Below are positions 9,384 through 19,158 of a DNA stretch of 64,000 nt, piece by piece. The position numbers and the translations under genes are program-made. Below the pieces are notes generated by a model. That model saw only the letters and a list, made by a program, of their open reading frames with translations, ran no database searches and had not been told where the DNA came from. The stretch's first letter is position 1. Each line of letters opens with the position of its first letter. The stretch is from Pseudomonadota bacterium (GTDB lineage: Bacteria > Pseudomonadota > Alphaproteobacteria > RF32 > CAG-239): NCBI GenBank assembly GCA_918234285.1, contig CAKJXZ020000024.1, forward strand, positions 20,354-84,353, written 5' to 3'.

Positions 9384-11903
9384 ATGTTTAGCAAAGCAAA
9401 GATTTGTAAGGTTGCATTATCAGCCTTGACTATATTGTTTTCTGCTATAAACGTTGCCAATGCTTCGGAATTGGATTTGGTTATTCCGAATTTGGGTGAC
9501 GCAACTTATAGCATTTTCGGTCATAGTACGATTTTCGGCTGTCCTATTACCGGCAATTTGTTACTTTTGTGCGGTATGGGTATCTGTCTTTTGGGTATGA
9601 TTTTCGGTTTGTGGGAATTTCTCAGCATTAAAAAAATGCCGGCCCACGAAGTAATGCTCAAGGTATCGGAAACCATCTATGCCACCTGCACTACATATAT
9701 GAAACAGCAAGCCAAACTGTTGTTTGTTTTGGAGCTGTTCATCGGTGCATGCATCGTTTATTATTTCGCAGGCTTAAACGCTACTCCGTTGCCGCAGGTT
9801 GTTATCATTCTGTTATGGTCAATCCTGGGTATTTTGGGTTCGTTTACGGTAGCATGGTTCGGTATGCGTATCAATACTTATGCCAACTCTCGCACTTCCT
9901 TTGCCTCGCTCAAAGGTAATGCTTATCCGGTTATGCACTTACCGCTTCGTTCCGGTATGTCTATCGGTGTATTACTGATTTGCGTTGAATTAATTATGAT
10001 GATGTTCATCTTGGTATTTGTTCCACGTGAAACCGCCGGTGCCTGCTTTATCGGTTTTGCCATCGGTGAATCTTTGGGTGCTTCGGCCTTGCGTATTTGC
10101 GGCGGTATTTTTACCAAAATTGCCGATATCGGTGCCGATTTGATGAAGATTATCTTCAAAATTGATGAAGACGATGCACGTAATCCGGGCGTTATTGCCG
10201 ACTGCACCGGCGACAATGCCGGCGATTCCTGTGGTCCGACCGCCGATGGTTTTGAAACCTACGGTGTTACCGGTGTTGCTTTAATCAGCTTTATTGTTTT
10301 GGCTGCCGGACACTTCTTTACGGCCGACGGTTCTTTGGCTGCCGACATCAATGCTCAACAATTACAAGCTCGTTTGATTACTTGGATTTTCGTAATGCGC
10401 ATTTTGATGATTATCACTTCGGTATTCTCTTATGCCATTAACGGTTTCTTCGCTAAATTGATTTACGGTAAGTCTAAGGAATTTGACTTTGAAAAGCCGT
10501 TGACCAGTCTGATTTGGATTACCTCGCTGATTTCTATTGCCGTAACTTTCGGCGCTTCTTACCTGATGTTGCCTAAATCTCAGTTCGGCCCGTACATTTG
10601 GTGGGAAATGTCGGTAATCATCAGCTGCGGTACTTTGGCTGCGGCGATTATTCCGGAATTTACCAAAATCTTCACTTCTTCCAAGTCTAAGCACGTACAA
10701 GAAGTTGTGAATGCCAGCCGCGAAGCCGGTGCTTCGTTGAACATTCTGTCCGGTATCGTATCCGGTAACTTCTCCGGTTTCTGGCAAGGTGTGGTTATTG
10801 CCGGCTTAATGGCATTGGCTTATGCTACCGCCTCCGGTCATGTTGCCGAATTTTTCAGCAGCTGGCTCGGTTATGAGGTTTTGCCGCAAGCTCACATCGG
10901 CGCAATCATGATTTATCCGACGGTATTCGCCTTCGGTTTGGTTGCTTTCGGTATGCTCGGCATGGGCCCGGTAACAATTGCCGTAGACAGCTATGGTCCG
11001 GTTACCGACAATGCGCAATCCGTATTTGAATTATCGCAAATTGAAAGCATCAAAGGCATTAAGAAAGAAATCAAAAAAGAATACGATTTCGAGCCGGATT
11101 TTGAACATGGTAAACATTTGCTCGAAGCCAACGATTCGGCCGGTAATACCTTTAAAGCCACTTCCAAGCCGGTATTAATCGGTACGGCCGTAATCGGTGC
11201 TACCACCATGATTTTCTCAATCATTTTGCTGCTGAACTTACAACTGAACTTGATTGATGCGCGCGTATTAATCGGTATGATTTTGGGTGGCGCCGTGATT
11301 TACTGGTTCTCCGGTGCGGCGATTCAAGCCGTTTCCACCGGTGCTTATCGTGCGGTTAACTACATTAAAGAGCATATTAAGCTTGATACCAAGAAAGCTG
11401 CTTCGGTTGAAGATTCTAAGACGGTGGTGAAGATTTGCACGCAATATGCACAAAAGGGTATGTTCAATATCTTTATCGTGATTTTCTCGTTTGCGATTGC
11501 GTTTGCTTTCTTCGGTCCGGAATTGTTCGCCAGCTATCTGGTTTCCATCGCTATTTTCGGCTTGTATCAGGCACTGTACATGGCTAATGCCGGCGGTGCT
11601 TGGGATAACGCCAAAAAGGTAGTTGAAGTTGATTTGAACGAAAAAGGTACACCGTTACACGATGCTTCCGTTGTCGGCGATACGGTGGGCGATCCGTACA
11701 AAGATACGGCTTCGGTTGCCTTGAACCCGATTATTAAATTTACCACACTGTTTGGTTTATTGGCTGCAGAAATGTCGGCAAAAGTATCGGAAGAAAATCC
11801 GAACCTTGCTTTCGGTATTGCCTGCACCTTCCTGGCCATCGGTTTGGTATTTGTATGGCGTTCATTCTACGCTATGCGCATTGAAGCCAAAAAAATGGAT
11901 TAA
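9384..11903 (+). CDS. hppA: Membrane-bound ion-translocating pyrophosphatase, divergent K+-independent H+-PPase type
   Basis: GGIFTKIADIGADL, EDDARNPGVIADCTGDNAGD, GNTFKA, GGAWDNAKK, GDTVGDPYKD; start moved to the ATG after SD AAGGAAGG. Confidence 0.93.
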   Translation: MFSKAKICKVALSALTILFSAINVANASELDLVIPNLGDATYSIFGHSTIFGCPITGNLLLLCGMGICLLGMIFGLWEFLSIKKMPAHEVMLKVSETIYATCTTYMKQQAKLLFVLELFIGACIVYYFAGLNATPLPQVVIILLWSILGILGSFTVAWFGMRINTYANSRTSFASLKGNAYPVMHLPLRSGMSIGVLLICVELIMMMFILVFVPRETAGACFIGFAIGESLGASALRICGGIFTKIADIGADLMKIIFKIDEDDARNPGVIADCTGDNAGDSCGPTADGFETYGVTGVALISFIVLAAGHFFTADGSLAADINAQQLQARLITWIFVMRILMIITSVFSYAINGFFAKLIYGKSKEFDFEKPLTSLIWITSLISIAVTFGASYLMLPKSQFGPYIWWEMSVIISCGTLAAAIIPEFTKIFTSSKSKHVQEVVNASREAGASLNILSGIVSGNFSGFWQGVVIAGLMALAYATASGHVAEFFSSWLGYEVLPQAHIGAIMIYPTVFAFGLVAFGMLGMGPVTIAVDSYGPVTDNAQSVFELSQIESIKGIKKEIKKEYDFEPDFEHGKHLLEANDSAGNTFKATSKPVLIGTAVIGATTMIFSIILLLNLQLNLIDARVLIGMILGGAVIYWFSGAAIQAVSTGAYRAVNYIKEHIKLDTKKAASVEDSKTVVKICTQYAQKGMFNIFIVIFSFAIAFAFFGPELFASYLVSIAIFGLYQALYMANAGGAWDNAKKVVEVDLNEKGTPLHDASVVGDTVGDPYKDTASVALNPIIKFTTLFGLLAAEMSAKVSEENPNLAFGIACTFLAIGLVFVWRSFYAMRIEAKKMD
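10019..10034. promoter_or_regulatory. Candidate third parS site inside hppA
   Basis: TGTTCCACGTGAAACC, 15/16 match to TGTTNCACGTGAAACA. Confidence 0.5.
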
Positions 11904-11931
11904 GTCGTTGACTAATTCGTTTTAGTTTGTT

Positions 11932-11969
11932 AGAACGGCGGCATTATTACGATGTCGTCGTTCTTTTTT
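11932..11969 (+). terminator. Intrinsic terminator after hppA
   Basis: AGAACGGCGGCAT / ATGTCGTCGTTCT stem (G-U pairs) followed by T tract. Confidence 0.75.
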
Positions 11970-11985
11970 ATAAGGAGAGTTTGTT

Positions 11986-12618
11986 ATGCTTAATTCTGTG
12001 TTTGAATTTATAAAAACCTTTAACATAACGCAATTTACCGGTGCGTTTATTGTTTTGTTTGCCATTATCGATATTATCGGCACTTTGCCGATTGTGATGA
12101 ATTTGCAACGCAACGGCCGCATTGTCAGCGCCCCTCGCGCCAGTATCATATCGTTTGTTTTATTTGTCGGGTTTATGTATATGGGGGAAGCCTTTTTGGG
12201 GTTGTTCAGCCTTGATTTATCTTCATTTGCGGTTGCTGGTTCTATAATCATTTTTGTTATTGCTATGGAGATGGTGCTCGATTTGGAGATTTTCCGCTCC
12301 AATAATGCTACCGGAAACGATGCTACTTTTACGCCGGTGGTGTTTCCGCTGATAGCCGGTGCCGGTTCGTTTACCACTTTGCTTTCGATTCGTTCGCAGT
12401 ATTCCGACTTCAATATTTTGTTGGCGGTGTTGGCAAACGTCATCATTGTTTATTTTGCTCTTAAGTCTTCTAAAAAACTGGAGAAAATATTGTCTCCGGG
12501 TGTTATATGTATCTTCCAGAAGGCATTCGGGATTATTTTATTGTCAATCTCGGTAAAGCTGTTTACTTCCAATTTGACCATGATTGTCGGCAGTATTTCG
12601 CATAATTGCGGCGGATAA
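11986..12618 (+). CDS. MarC family membrane protein
   Basis: LFAIIDIIG, SFAVAGSII, PVVFPLIAGAGS. Confidence 0.9.
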   Translation: MLNSVFEFIKTFNITQFTGAFIVLFAIIDIIGTLPIVMNLQRNGRIVSAPRASIISFVLFVGFMYMGEAFLGLFSLDLSSFAVAGSIIIFVIAMEMVLDLEIFRSNNATGNDATFTPVVFPLIAGAGSFTTLLSIRSQYSDFNILLAVLANVIIVYFALKSSKKLEKILSPGVICIFQKAFGIILLSISVKLFTSNLTMIVGSISHNCGG

Positions 12619-12632
12619 TATTTGAATAAAAG

Positions 12633-12660
12633 AAAAGCCTCGCTTATCGGCGGGGCTTTT
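12633..12660. terminator. Bidirectional terminator between marC and virD4
   Basis: AAAAGCCTCGC-ttatcg-GCGGGGCTTTT. Confidence 0.7.
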
Positions 12661-12679
12661 ATCATAAATAAAGCGGTTT

Positions 12680-14893
12680 TTAGGCTTGTGGAGCATCCAT
12701 TTCGAAACCTTCGCTGTCATCCTCCTCGGCGTTGTATTCAATGCCCAGTTTGGCCAACATATCGTCATTGATGTCTTCACGCTGTGCCACCACCCAATCC
12801 GGAACGTTAGCGCAAGGCGGAAGTTTTGCTAACTTGGTCATTCCCTTATCCAAATACCAACGAGGCGAGTCGGCAATAATCGGACGGTCGATGTGGCTTT
12901 GCATCAATACCACTTGCTTTAACATCGGCAAACTCAGTAGTTGGGTCGAACTGATAACCGGAATACCCTGCAGTTGGTAGTTAACGTTTTTAGCCAGCGG
13001 GTTAAAGTCTTTACCCAAAGAACCTTCCGTACGTGAGAACGAAGAAATACGTACCGTTTTGTTACCAATCATCTTGGAGAAACGTTGCGCCGTAACCTCG
13101 TTGTTTTGGGACAGAATAACTTTACAGGCGGTAGTGGAAATCACCGTTTCCAAGTCATCCTTACCGTATTTACCGGAAATTTGGCCCAAATCTTGTCCGA
13201 TAAGTAAATACGACACCTTCTGACCACGACCTACGGCCGGTCCGTCAATAATAGCTTTCATCTTAGGCATTTGCGGAAACTCGTCGAGCACGAACAGAGC
13301 AGGGAAAGGCCCCATCTTGCCGTCGGTACGGTTGACGTGATTCGGCGGGTTAGAAATCAGATAAGAACTCATCAACTCAATAAAGGTGGAGCTGATAACG
13401 CCCAACGCACGCGCATCAACCTGGTTAACCGACAAATAAACCGAAATCGGTTTCCATTCACCGGTAATCGGGTCTTTCATACCGCGCAAATCCTTAAACT
13501 GCAAATCGGAAAAACTGGTACGTGCTTTAACCGCCTGGTTCTTAAATATGTTAATACCGGCAAATGCGGTAGAAAGAATGGAACCGCGCTCCTTATCCGG
13601 GGTGTTACTCAAGGTACTTAACTCGGTAACGCAACGCTGGGCATATCCGTAATTACGTGCTTCTTTAATAGCTTCTTCCAACATATCGTGGGTCGGATCG
13701 GCCATCGCCGCCATCTGATCGCCTTCATCCAAACGACGCTGAATTTCTTGAGCGGCATTGATTTGCGCTTCGGTAATCCATTCCATAATCATGGCAATAC
13801 AAGCTTCACGCCCCATCCATCGTGCCGGCAACAAGTTCCAAGTGCCGATAGGCAGGTAGTTTTCCATGGTTAAAGTGCCGTTCTTGAGGTTTTGAATAGC
13901 GCGCGGCGCACCCGGATCACGCATATCTTGATAATAACCCTCCAGAACTTCCTTATCTTTTTCATCAAGCTTGCCTTCATAAATGCGGCCGATGAAATAG
14001 TCATTGGCACGGGCGCGGTCACATTTGGAAACCACAAATTGAATAAACCCGGTTAATGCGGCACGTCCGGTTTGTGACCAGTGCGGGTCGGCACCGCCTT
14101 TAGGGTCTTCCACCAAAATATTGCACATGGAGTCAACGTACATGTCGCGGTCCGGACCTTGTTCCGGAATACAGTTCGGTGACAACGGGTTCCAACTCGG
14201 GTAATAAATACCTTCGCTCGGGTTATCTTCCGCACCCCAGTTAATAATGAATACCGGCCCTACTTTAGCGCGTGCACCGGAAGTCTTATAACAAAGCTCC
14301 GGTTTCGGGTCATTAATCACCAAACTCAGACCATCGGAGTGGAAAATCGTCGGCATCACCACGCCCACGGTTTTACCGGTACCAGGAGGTGCGCAGCACA
14401 GGGTTGCCAGTGTTTCTTTCAAGAGCAAAAACTTGCCGTCGAATTTTCCGACCACTTGGCAGAAGCCGTCAAAACCTAAAAGAGGCATATGTTTAATGTC
14501 GCGCAAGTCGGCAATTTTGGCCTGACCTTGATAGTTGACTTGGAATTTATACGGACTGAAAATAGCACTGATGATAATACCGAGCGGTATGGTGATAAAC
14601 GGTAATATCGGAATCCACAAACTCAAAGAAAACGGTCCGCGGTGATTCCATAACTGTTTCCACCATTTGCCGTACATGGTAAATAAATGGTCAGGATGTT
14701 GCCATACCAGTGATAAAAACTTTTGTACCACGGTAGTTGATGATTTAGATACACCATGTCCGACAATGTATGATAACGGCAGACTGAAGACAAATAAAAT
14801 GGCGCTCAATACAATGCAGATAAGCAGTGTAATCAACATCCATTTGACGGCTTTGTCATATTCTTTCCATTCCTCGCCACGATCATTTGCCAT
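12680..14893 (-). CDS. virD4: Type IV coupling protein, VirD4/TraG family ATPase
   Basis: Two N-terminal TM helices, Walker A APPGTGKTVGVVMP, INDPKPEL, WNPL, DPHW, Walker B LFVLDEF, GRGQKV..LIGQDLGQI..KYG. Confidence 0.88.
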   Translation of the reverse strand: MANDRGEEWKEYDKAVKWMLITLLICIVLSAILFVFSLPLSYIVGHGVSKSSTTVVQKFLSLVWQHPDHLFTMYGKWWKQLWNHRGPFSLSLWIPILPFITIPLGIIISAIFSPYKFQVNYQGQAKIADLRDIKHMPLLGFDGFCQVVGKFDGKFLLLKETLATLCCAPPGTGKTVGVVMPTIFHSDGLSLVINDPKPELCYKTSGARAKVGPVFIINWGAEDNPSEGIYYPSWNPLSPNCIPEQGPDRDMYVDSMCNILVEDPKGGADPHWSQTGRAALTGFIQFVVSKCDRARANDYFIGRIYEGKLDEKDKEVLEGYYQDMRDPGAPRAIQNLKNGTLTMENYLPIGTWNLLPARWMGREACIAMIMEWITEAQINAAQEIQRRLDEGDQMAAMADPTHDMLEEAIKEARNYGYAQRCVTELSTLSNTPDKERGSILSTAFAGINIFKNQAVKARTSFSDLQFKDLRGMKDPITGEWKPISVYLSVNQVDARALGVISSTFIELMSSYLISNPPNHVNRTDGKMGPFPALFVLDEFPQMPKMKAIIDGPAVGRGQKVSYLLIGQDLGQISGKYGKDDLETVISTTACKVILSQNNEVTAQRFSKMIGNKTVRISSFSRTEGSLGKDFNPLAKNVNYQLQGIPVISSTQLLSLPMLKQVVLMQSHIDRPIIADSPRWYLDKGMTKLAKLPPCANVPDWVVAQREDINDDMLAKLGIEYNAEEDDSEGFEMDAPQA

Positions 14894-14911
14894 TTTATAT
14901 CACCTCATAAG

Positions 14912-16414
14912 TTATTTTATGCTTTTTAATAATTTACGTAAGTTATCCAATTCTTTTTTAGAAACCCTACCGTCAGCTTCGTTTAAGAGTTTAGAGAACA
15001 GTTTGATTTCTTTCGGCGCACCCCGATTAATACGTGTGACCTCTATTCCCATTTCGTTCCAGATTTCGAACATATCATCGGCATTGATGATGTTGGCCAT
15101 CTGAATAACCACACACGAAGTTATTTTTTGCTCGAATCCGCCGTCGTCCAATGCACTTTCAATTTGCTTCTTGACGTTGTTTAGTTTGCATACCGGAGAA
15201 ACGCGGTGGCTGCTTTCTGAGAACCACAGCGGTTCTTCGCCGTTGAACATTTCTTCATCGGCAAGCCAATCTCCGCTTTCTTTATCAACCAGGCACAAAT
15301 AAATATCATTTTCCGAAACGCCGACAAAGTCGATAACGGTGTTATTGACCGTAACATTACTGATAATCTCATAATTCTTCTGCGCCAAGGCATCATATAC
15401 AGGTCCCTGAGATACATCAGCCGATTTGCTCTCACTGGTTTTGCCGCGGCGATTACTTTCTCCATCATCCTCGGTATTGCGTTGCGAGCGGGTGCTGCGT
15501 TTTGGAGTATCTTCGGATTTACGGCTTGTTCTACGGCTTTCTTTCTCCTTACTTTCACGACGGTTCGACGCCGATTTTTCAAATTTGGCTTCAGCCTCAT
15601 CATCATCGTCATCGTCATCATCATCAAAATCATATTTCGGTTTCGCCCGTTTAGAACGCGTGAACTCCTCATCGTCATCATCTATCGGGCGTTTTTTAGC
15701 TTTACTTTCTCCGGACTTCTTCTTATTGATATCCGCTTTTTCAAACGAATCTATATCCAAATCGAAATCATCATCATCGTCATCGTCAAATTTAAACAAA
15801 GCATGATCGATTGTGGCTGCAACATCAGTTTTCTTCTTAACCGGTGCCGGAGCCGGAGTTGCAACGGCCGCCGGAGCAGAATACGGTGAAGAATAAGATG
15901 ACACGGTAGATGTGGTCAACGGAGCGGATGTGGTCGAACTGCCGTAATCGGAAATCGGTACGCGCAGAGTGTTAATTCCCGTCGGACGAATCAGTTTATA
16001 AGACTTGCGTTTAACCACACCGTAACGATTGTTTGTAGTAATTGCGGTCGGAGCGGATTTACTGATATATTTGGTATAAAGGGTATATGGAAGTTTCAAT
16101 ATGTTCCAAATAATTTCTTCCCAGGCAACCATACATAAAGTCCACCAACCGGTAATTAACATCGGGAAGAAAACGATAATCAGCATAATAAAGGCCCACT
16201 CTTTCGGCGCTCGCGGAAACCAACCTGCTCTCCAGGCGGTTGCAAATTGATGCCAGTGATCAGGCCAAAAAATATCAAAATGCCAGTTGCACAGCATGAT
16301 TACACGGATGCCTTCGGTAAAAACAATACCCCATAGGCAACCGACAATCAAAATTCTAAGAAATACCAATACCGATTTCAACCGTGCACTCCGTAATTCT
16401 ATAAACGTACCCAC
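14912..16414 (-). CDS. Hypothetical membrane protein: 2-TM N-terminus, acidic/charged disordered linker, C-terminal NERD/PD-(D/E)XK-like domain
   Basis: Hydrophobic N-terminal segments; poly-Asp runs; C-terminal NVTV..IDFVGV....IYLCLVD..G.W......W.....SP pattern. Confidence 0.6.
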   Translation of the reverse strand: MGTFIELRSARLKSVLVFLRILIVGCLWGIVFTEGIRVIMLCNWHFDIFWPDHWHQFATAWRAGWFPRAPKEWAFIMLIIVFFPMLITGWWTLCMVAWEEIIWNILKLPYTLYTKYISKSAPTAITTNNRYGVVKRKSYKLIRPTGINTLRVPISDYGSSTTSAPLTTSTVSSYSSPYSAPAAVATPAPAPVKKKTDVAATIDHALFKFDDDDDDDFDLDIDSFEKADINKKKSGESKAKKRPIDDDDEEFTRSKRAKPKYDFDDDDDDDDDEAEAKFEKSASNRRESKEKESRRTSRKSEDTPKRSTRSQRNTEDDGESNRRGKTSESKSADVSQGPVYDALAQKNYEIISNVTVNNTVIDFVGVSENDIYLCLVDKESGDWLADEEMFNGEEPLWFSESSHRVSPVCKLNNVKKQIESALDDGGFEQKITSCVVIQMANIINADDMFEIWNEMGIEVTRINRGAPKEIKLFSKLLNEADGRVSKKELDNLRKLLKSIK

Positions 16415-16457
16415 AATATTAATAACATGTAAATGTTAAAAAAGTGAATATATTTTT

Positions 16458-16934
16458 TTATTTTTCAGACTTTTGTATTTTTTCAATAATTTCTTTTCTA
16501 AAATCAGTTGAACCGCTGGTTTGGTTTTTCTTTTTCTCCAAATCAAGCCGTTCTTTAATAAACTGATCTAAGGTTTTTTTCTCTTCAATCTTTAAGTTTT
16601 TGATGTTTACATCCGGAGCGACATAGTTGTCGAATCCGCTGTTAAATATCTTATTCAGCGGCACCGTCAGCAGTTTCATATACTTAAAGTGATAAAGACG
16701 GTACAACCCGTAAAAACAAAGCGGTACCAATAGGATAATTGTCATAATAAAAATTAAATCATGTCCGTGAAGGACATAGCCTTGATTCCAAAAAAGAGCC
16801 AGTTTTTGATAAAATATCAGCGGGGTGGTGTGATACATCAGCATAATGGCTGATGATACCAAAACGGCCAACAAAGCAATCCACAAGCATGAAGCAACAA
16901 TCACGCAAATGCAATGGAAAAATTTTTTAATCAT
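16458..16934 (-). CDS. Hypothetical 2-TM membrane protein
   Basis: Two hydrophobic segments and a charged C-terminus; ATGA overlap with the upstream gene. Confidence 0.7.
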   Translation of the reverse strand: MIKKFFHCICVIVASCLWIALLAVLVSSAIMLMYHTTPLIFYQKLALFWNQGYVLHGHDLIFIMTIILLVPLCFYGLYRLYHFKYMKLLTVPLNKIFNSGFDNYVAPDVNIKNLKIEEKKTLDQFIKERLDLEKKKNQTSGSTDFRKEIIEKIQKSEK

Positions 16935-19078
16935 TCACGCGGCCCCTGATTTTTCTGGATTCTTGTCTGTTTTGTCTGGTATTTACCTTCAATGCGCCGT
17001 TTAAAGTCTTTTACTTTAACCTTCCGTTGAGCGTTTTTACTTCTATCGGCCTCATTTTGTGCTTTTTTGGCACCTATATCGTCTTCCCATGTCTGTTGTT
17101 TTTTCTCCCCGGTCTGCTCGGCGTGAGCTGCTTTCACTATATCCATAGGTTCGGTGTTGCCTTTTTTACGGGTTTCGGTAGGTTGCACATCATCGTCCGG
17201 CGAGCGATATTTGTTATAAATCTTATCAAATTCGGCGGACTTGATGCGAATTTCCTGTTCCAACAGATTTTTCTGGGTAGCATCCGTCGCGACATGACGT
17301 TCACACAATTGTTGCGTCAAATCGCCGCCGGCATGACACATTTTCTCAAAATATCCCTTCATCTCGACAGCGGCATTTTCTGCAACTACCTTCAACTGTT
17401 CCTTAGAAAGTTCGGCATCCGGCCGCAAATTGTTGTTATGCTTGAACTTAGTTTCTTCTTCGCGAAGAATATGCGCGGCAGTTTCCGTCATATCCTTGAA
17501 CTTAATCAACGTGTCTTTACGAATCTTTTCTGCGGCTGCGGCATTGCCGTCCAAATCTTTGCCCGGATGTTTCCGAATATAGTCGATGGTGGCTAAAGCC
17601 GCACACATTCTGATTTTATCTTTGGAGAAAAGCTCGGATAAAATTTTCGGGTTCTTCATCAAAGTTGCCAAATTGCCGCGGAACAGGGCTTTATTGGCAA
17701 AAAACGATTTATTCAGACTTGCCGCAAATTCCGAATGATTATGCGGATTAAATCCGTCGACCGCTGTCCACAAGTGCAGACCTTTGCCGACATTGTTTTG
17801 AATGCACTCAAGAACGGCTTTAAGTGTTTTGGTATCTTTCATAACCTTGCTGAATTCGTTGAGATGATTATCTCTGGCCATATCAATCATTCGGGCCATT
17901 TGCTTGTTGAATTTCATGGCTTCCGGACTGAATTCAAAACCGTTACGTCCGCCGGTTGTCGGGCCGGTAGGAGTCTGTTGTGCTCCGTTTGCCGGATTGC
18001 GTGTCGCTACCGCAGAACGTACCGGCGCTTTACCGGAATCCCCACACAGATAGTCGATGGCGCCGTCAAGGCCTTGAAAAGCCTTCTTCAAGGTCCAGTT
18101 AATCAAGCCCAAAAACCATACGTTATAAAGATATTTGATTAAATCCTGTTCGGATACCGGCTTAAAGTCAAAGGATGATTTGCCGTGTTTGGAATCTCTT
18201 TGCTGTTTTTCCAACTGCGCCGGCTTTTCCTCCGTTTCGTCATCCGTCTTTTGCGGCGGCGGAGGAGTATTGGTTGAAACATTCAGATTATCCGGTTGCG
18301 CCGAAAACGTAAGCGTATCTGAATTTTCCGGCATTCCGCCGAAGCGAACCGGTTCTCCCGCCGGAGTATTTTCTGTTTGTGTGCGTGCCGGTTCGGCCTG
18401 ATGCTGAGCGGCATAACGCTCTGCTTTTTCAAGGCCGTCCTTCATCATAAACGATTTCTTTGCCAAATCACTGTATTTAAAATTCCTGCCGGTATGGTCA
18501 TCTTCTTTATTAAATGCTTCATACAACAATTCTCCGTCAAGTTTGCCGAGAGTATTTTGAATTTCCGCGGCTGCTTCGGAGTTTTTATATAATTTTTCGC
18601 GTAATTTGGTTAAATCGTCGCGCAAGTCGTCGCTGATACCTTCTTCCTGCAATTTTTTATCAAATCTGGCATCTTTAAACTCTATGGCATAAGTGTTTAA
18701 TGCCACTTCGGCCAACAGGGTTTTGCCGTAGCGATAGCTGATTTCGCCGTTTTCGTCTTTTTGCTCAATCCGTTGCGGTTCGGTTAAAAAGGCCAGCATA
18801 TCTTCTTTGCTGATTGCCCCTTGAGCATATAAATCTTGCATAACGTGCAGAGTATGGTTGATTTTATCCAAGTTTTTAAAACCAAGTTTTTCGGCATCTT
18901 TTTTGCCGCGCGGAGTCGGTTTCGGAAATATCGCCGCTTGAAACATCGCTTTTTGCGAATCGGTAAGTTGCGAAAAGCCGAATTTTTCGATGCCGGCTCT
19001 GATTTTGTCAGGATCCGGCGATGATTTTTTTAATTCGCTGCAGAAAGCTTTAAAATCCGCATCATTAGTATCAGCCAT
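16931..19078 (-). CDS. Large hypothetical helical protein with basic C-terminal tail
   Basis: Long ORF; start set at MADTND after SD GGAGA; ends KVKVKDFKRRIEGKYQTKQTRIQKNQGPRE. Confidence 0.75.
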   Translation of the reverse strand: MADTNDADFKAFCSELKKSSPDPDKIRAGIEKFGFSQLTDSQKAMFQAAIFPKPTPRGKKDAEKLGFKNLDKINHTLHVMQDLYAQGAISKEDMLAFLTEPQRIEQKDENGEISYRYGKTLLAEVALNTYAIEFKDARFDKKLQEEGISDDLRDDLTKLREKLYKNSEAAAEIQNTLGKLDGELLYEAFNKEDDHTGRNFKYSDLAKKSFMMKDGLEKAERYAAQHQAEPARTQTENTPAGEPVRFGGMPENSDTLTFSAQPDNLNVSTNTPPPPQKTDDETEEKPAQLEKQQRDSKHGKSSFDFKPVSEQDLIKYLYNVWFLGLINWTLKKAFQGLDGAIDYLCGDSGKAPVRSAVATRNPANGAQQTPTGPTTGGRNGFEFSPEAMKFNKQMARMIDMARDNHLNEFSKVMKDTKTLKAVLECIQNNVGKGLHLWTAVDGFNPHNHSEFAASLNKSFFANKALFRGNLATLMKNPKILSELFSKDKIRMCAALATIDYIRKHPGKDLDGNAAAAEKIRKDTLIKFKDMTETAAHILREEETKFKHNNNLRPDAELSKEQLKVVAENAAVEMKGYFEKMCHAGGDLTQQLCERHVATDATQKNLLEQEIRIKSAEFDKIYNKYRSPDDDVQPTETRKKGNTEPMDIVKAAHAEQTGEKKQQTWEDDIGAKKAQNEADRSKNAQRKVKVKDFKRRIEGKYQTKQTRIQKNQGPRE

Positions 19079-19158
19079 CAGAATATCTCCCATAAAGCAA
19101 TTCCATTTAACATGATAATATCATAAAAAAACATTTTTGTCCACATTTATTTTTTTGC

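Noticed and set aside
15590-15790. (TCA/TCG)n runs as phase-variable microsatellites
   Set aside because: Mixed GAT/GAC codons for poly-Asp; trinucleotide units that would not frameshift.
9255-19145. DnaA boxes (TTATCCACG at 9255, TTGTCCACA at 19137) as oriC
   Set aside because: Isolated 8/9 matches with no cluster or unwinding element.
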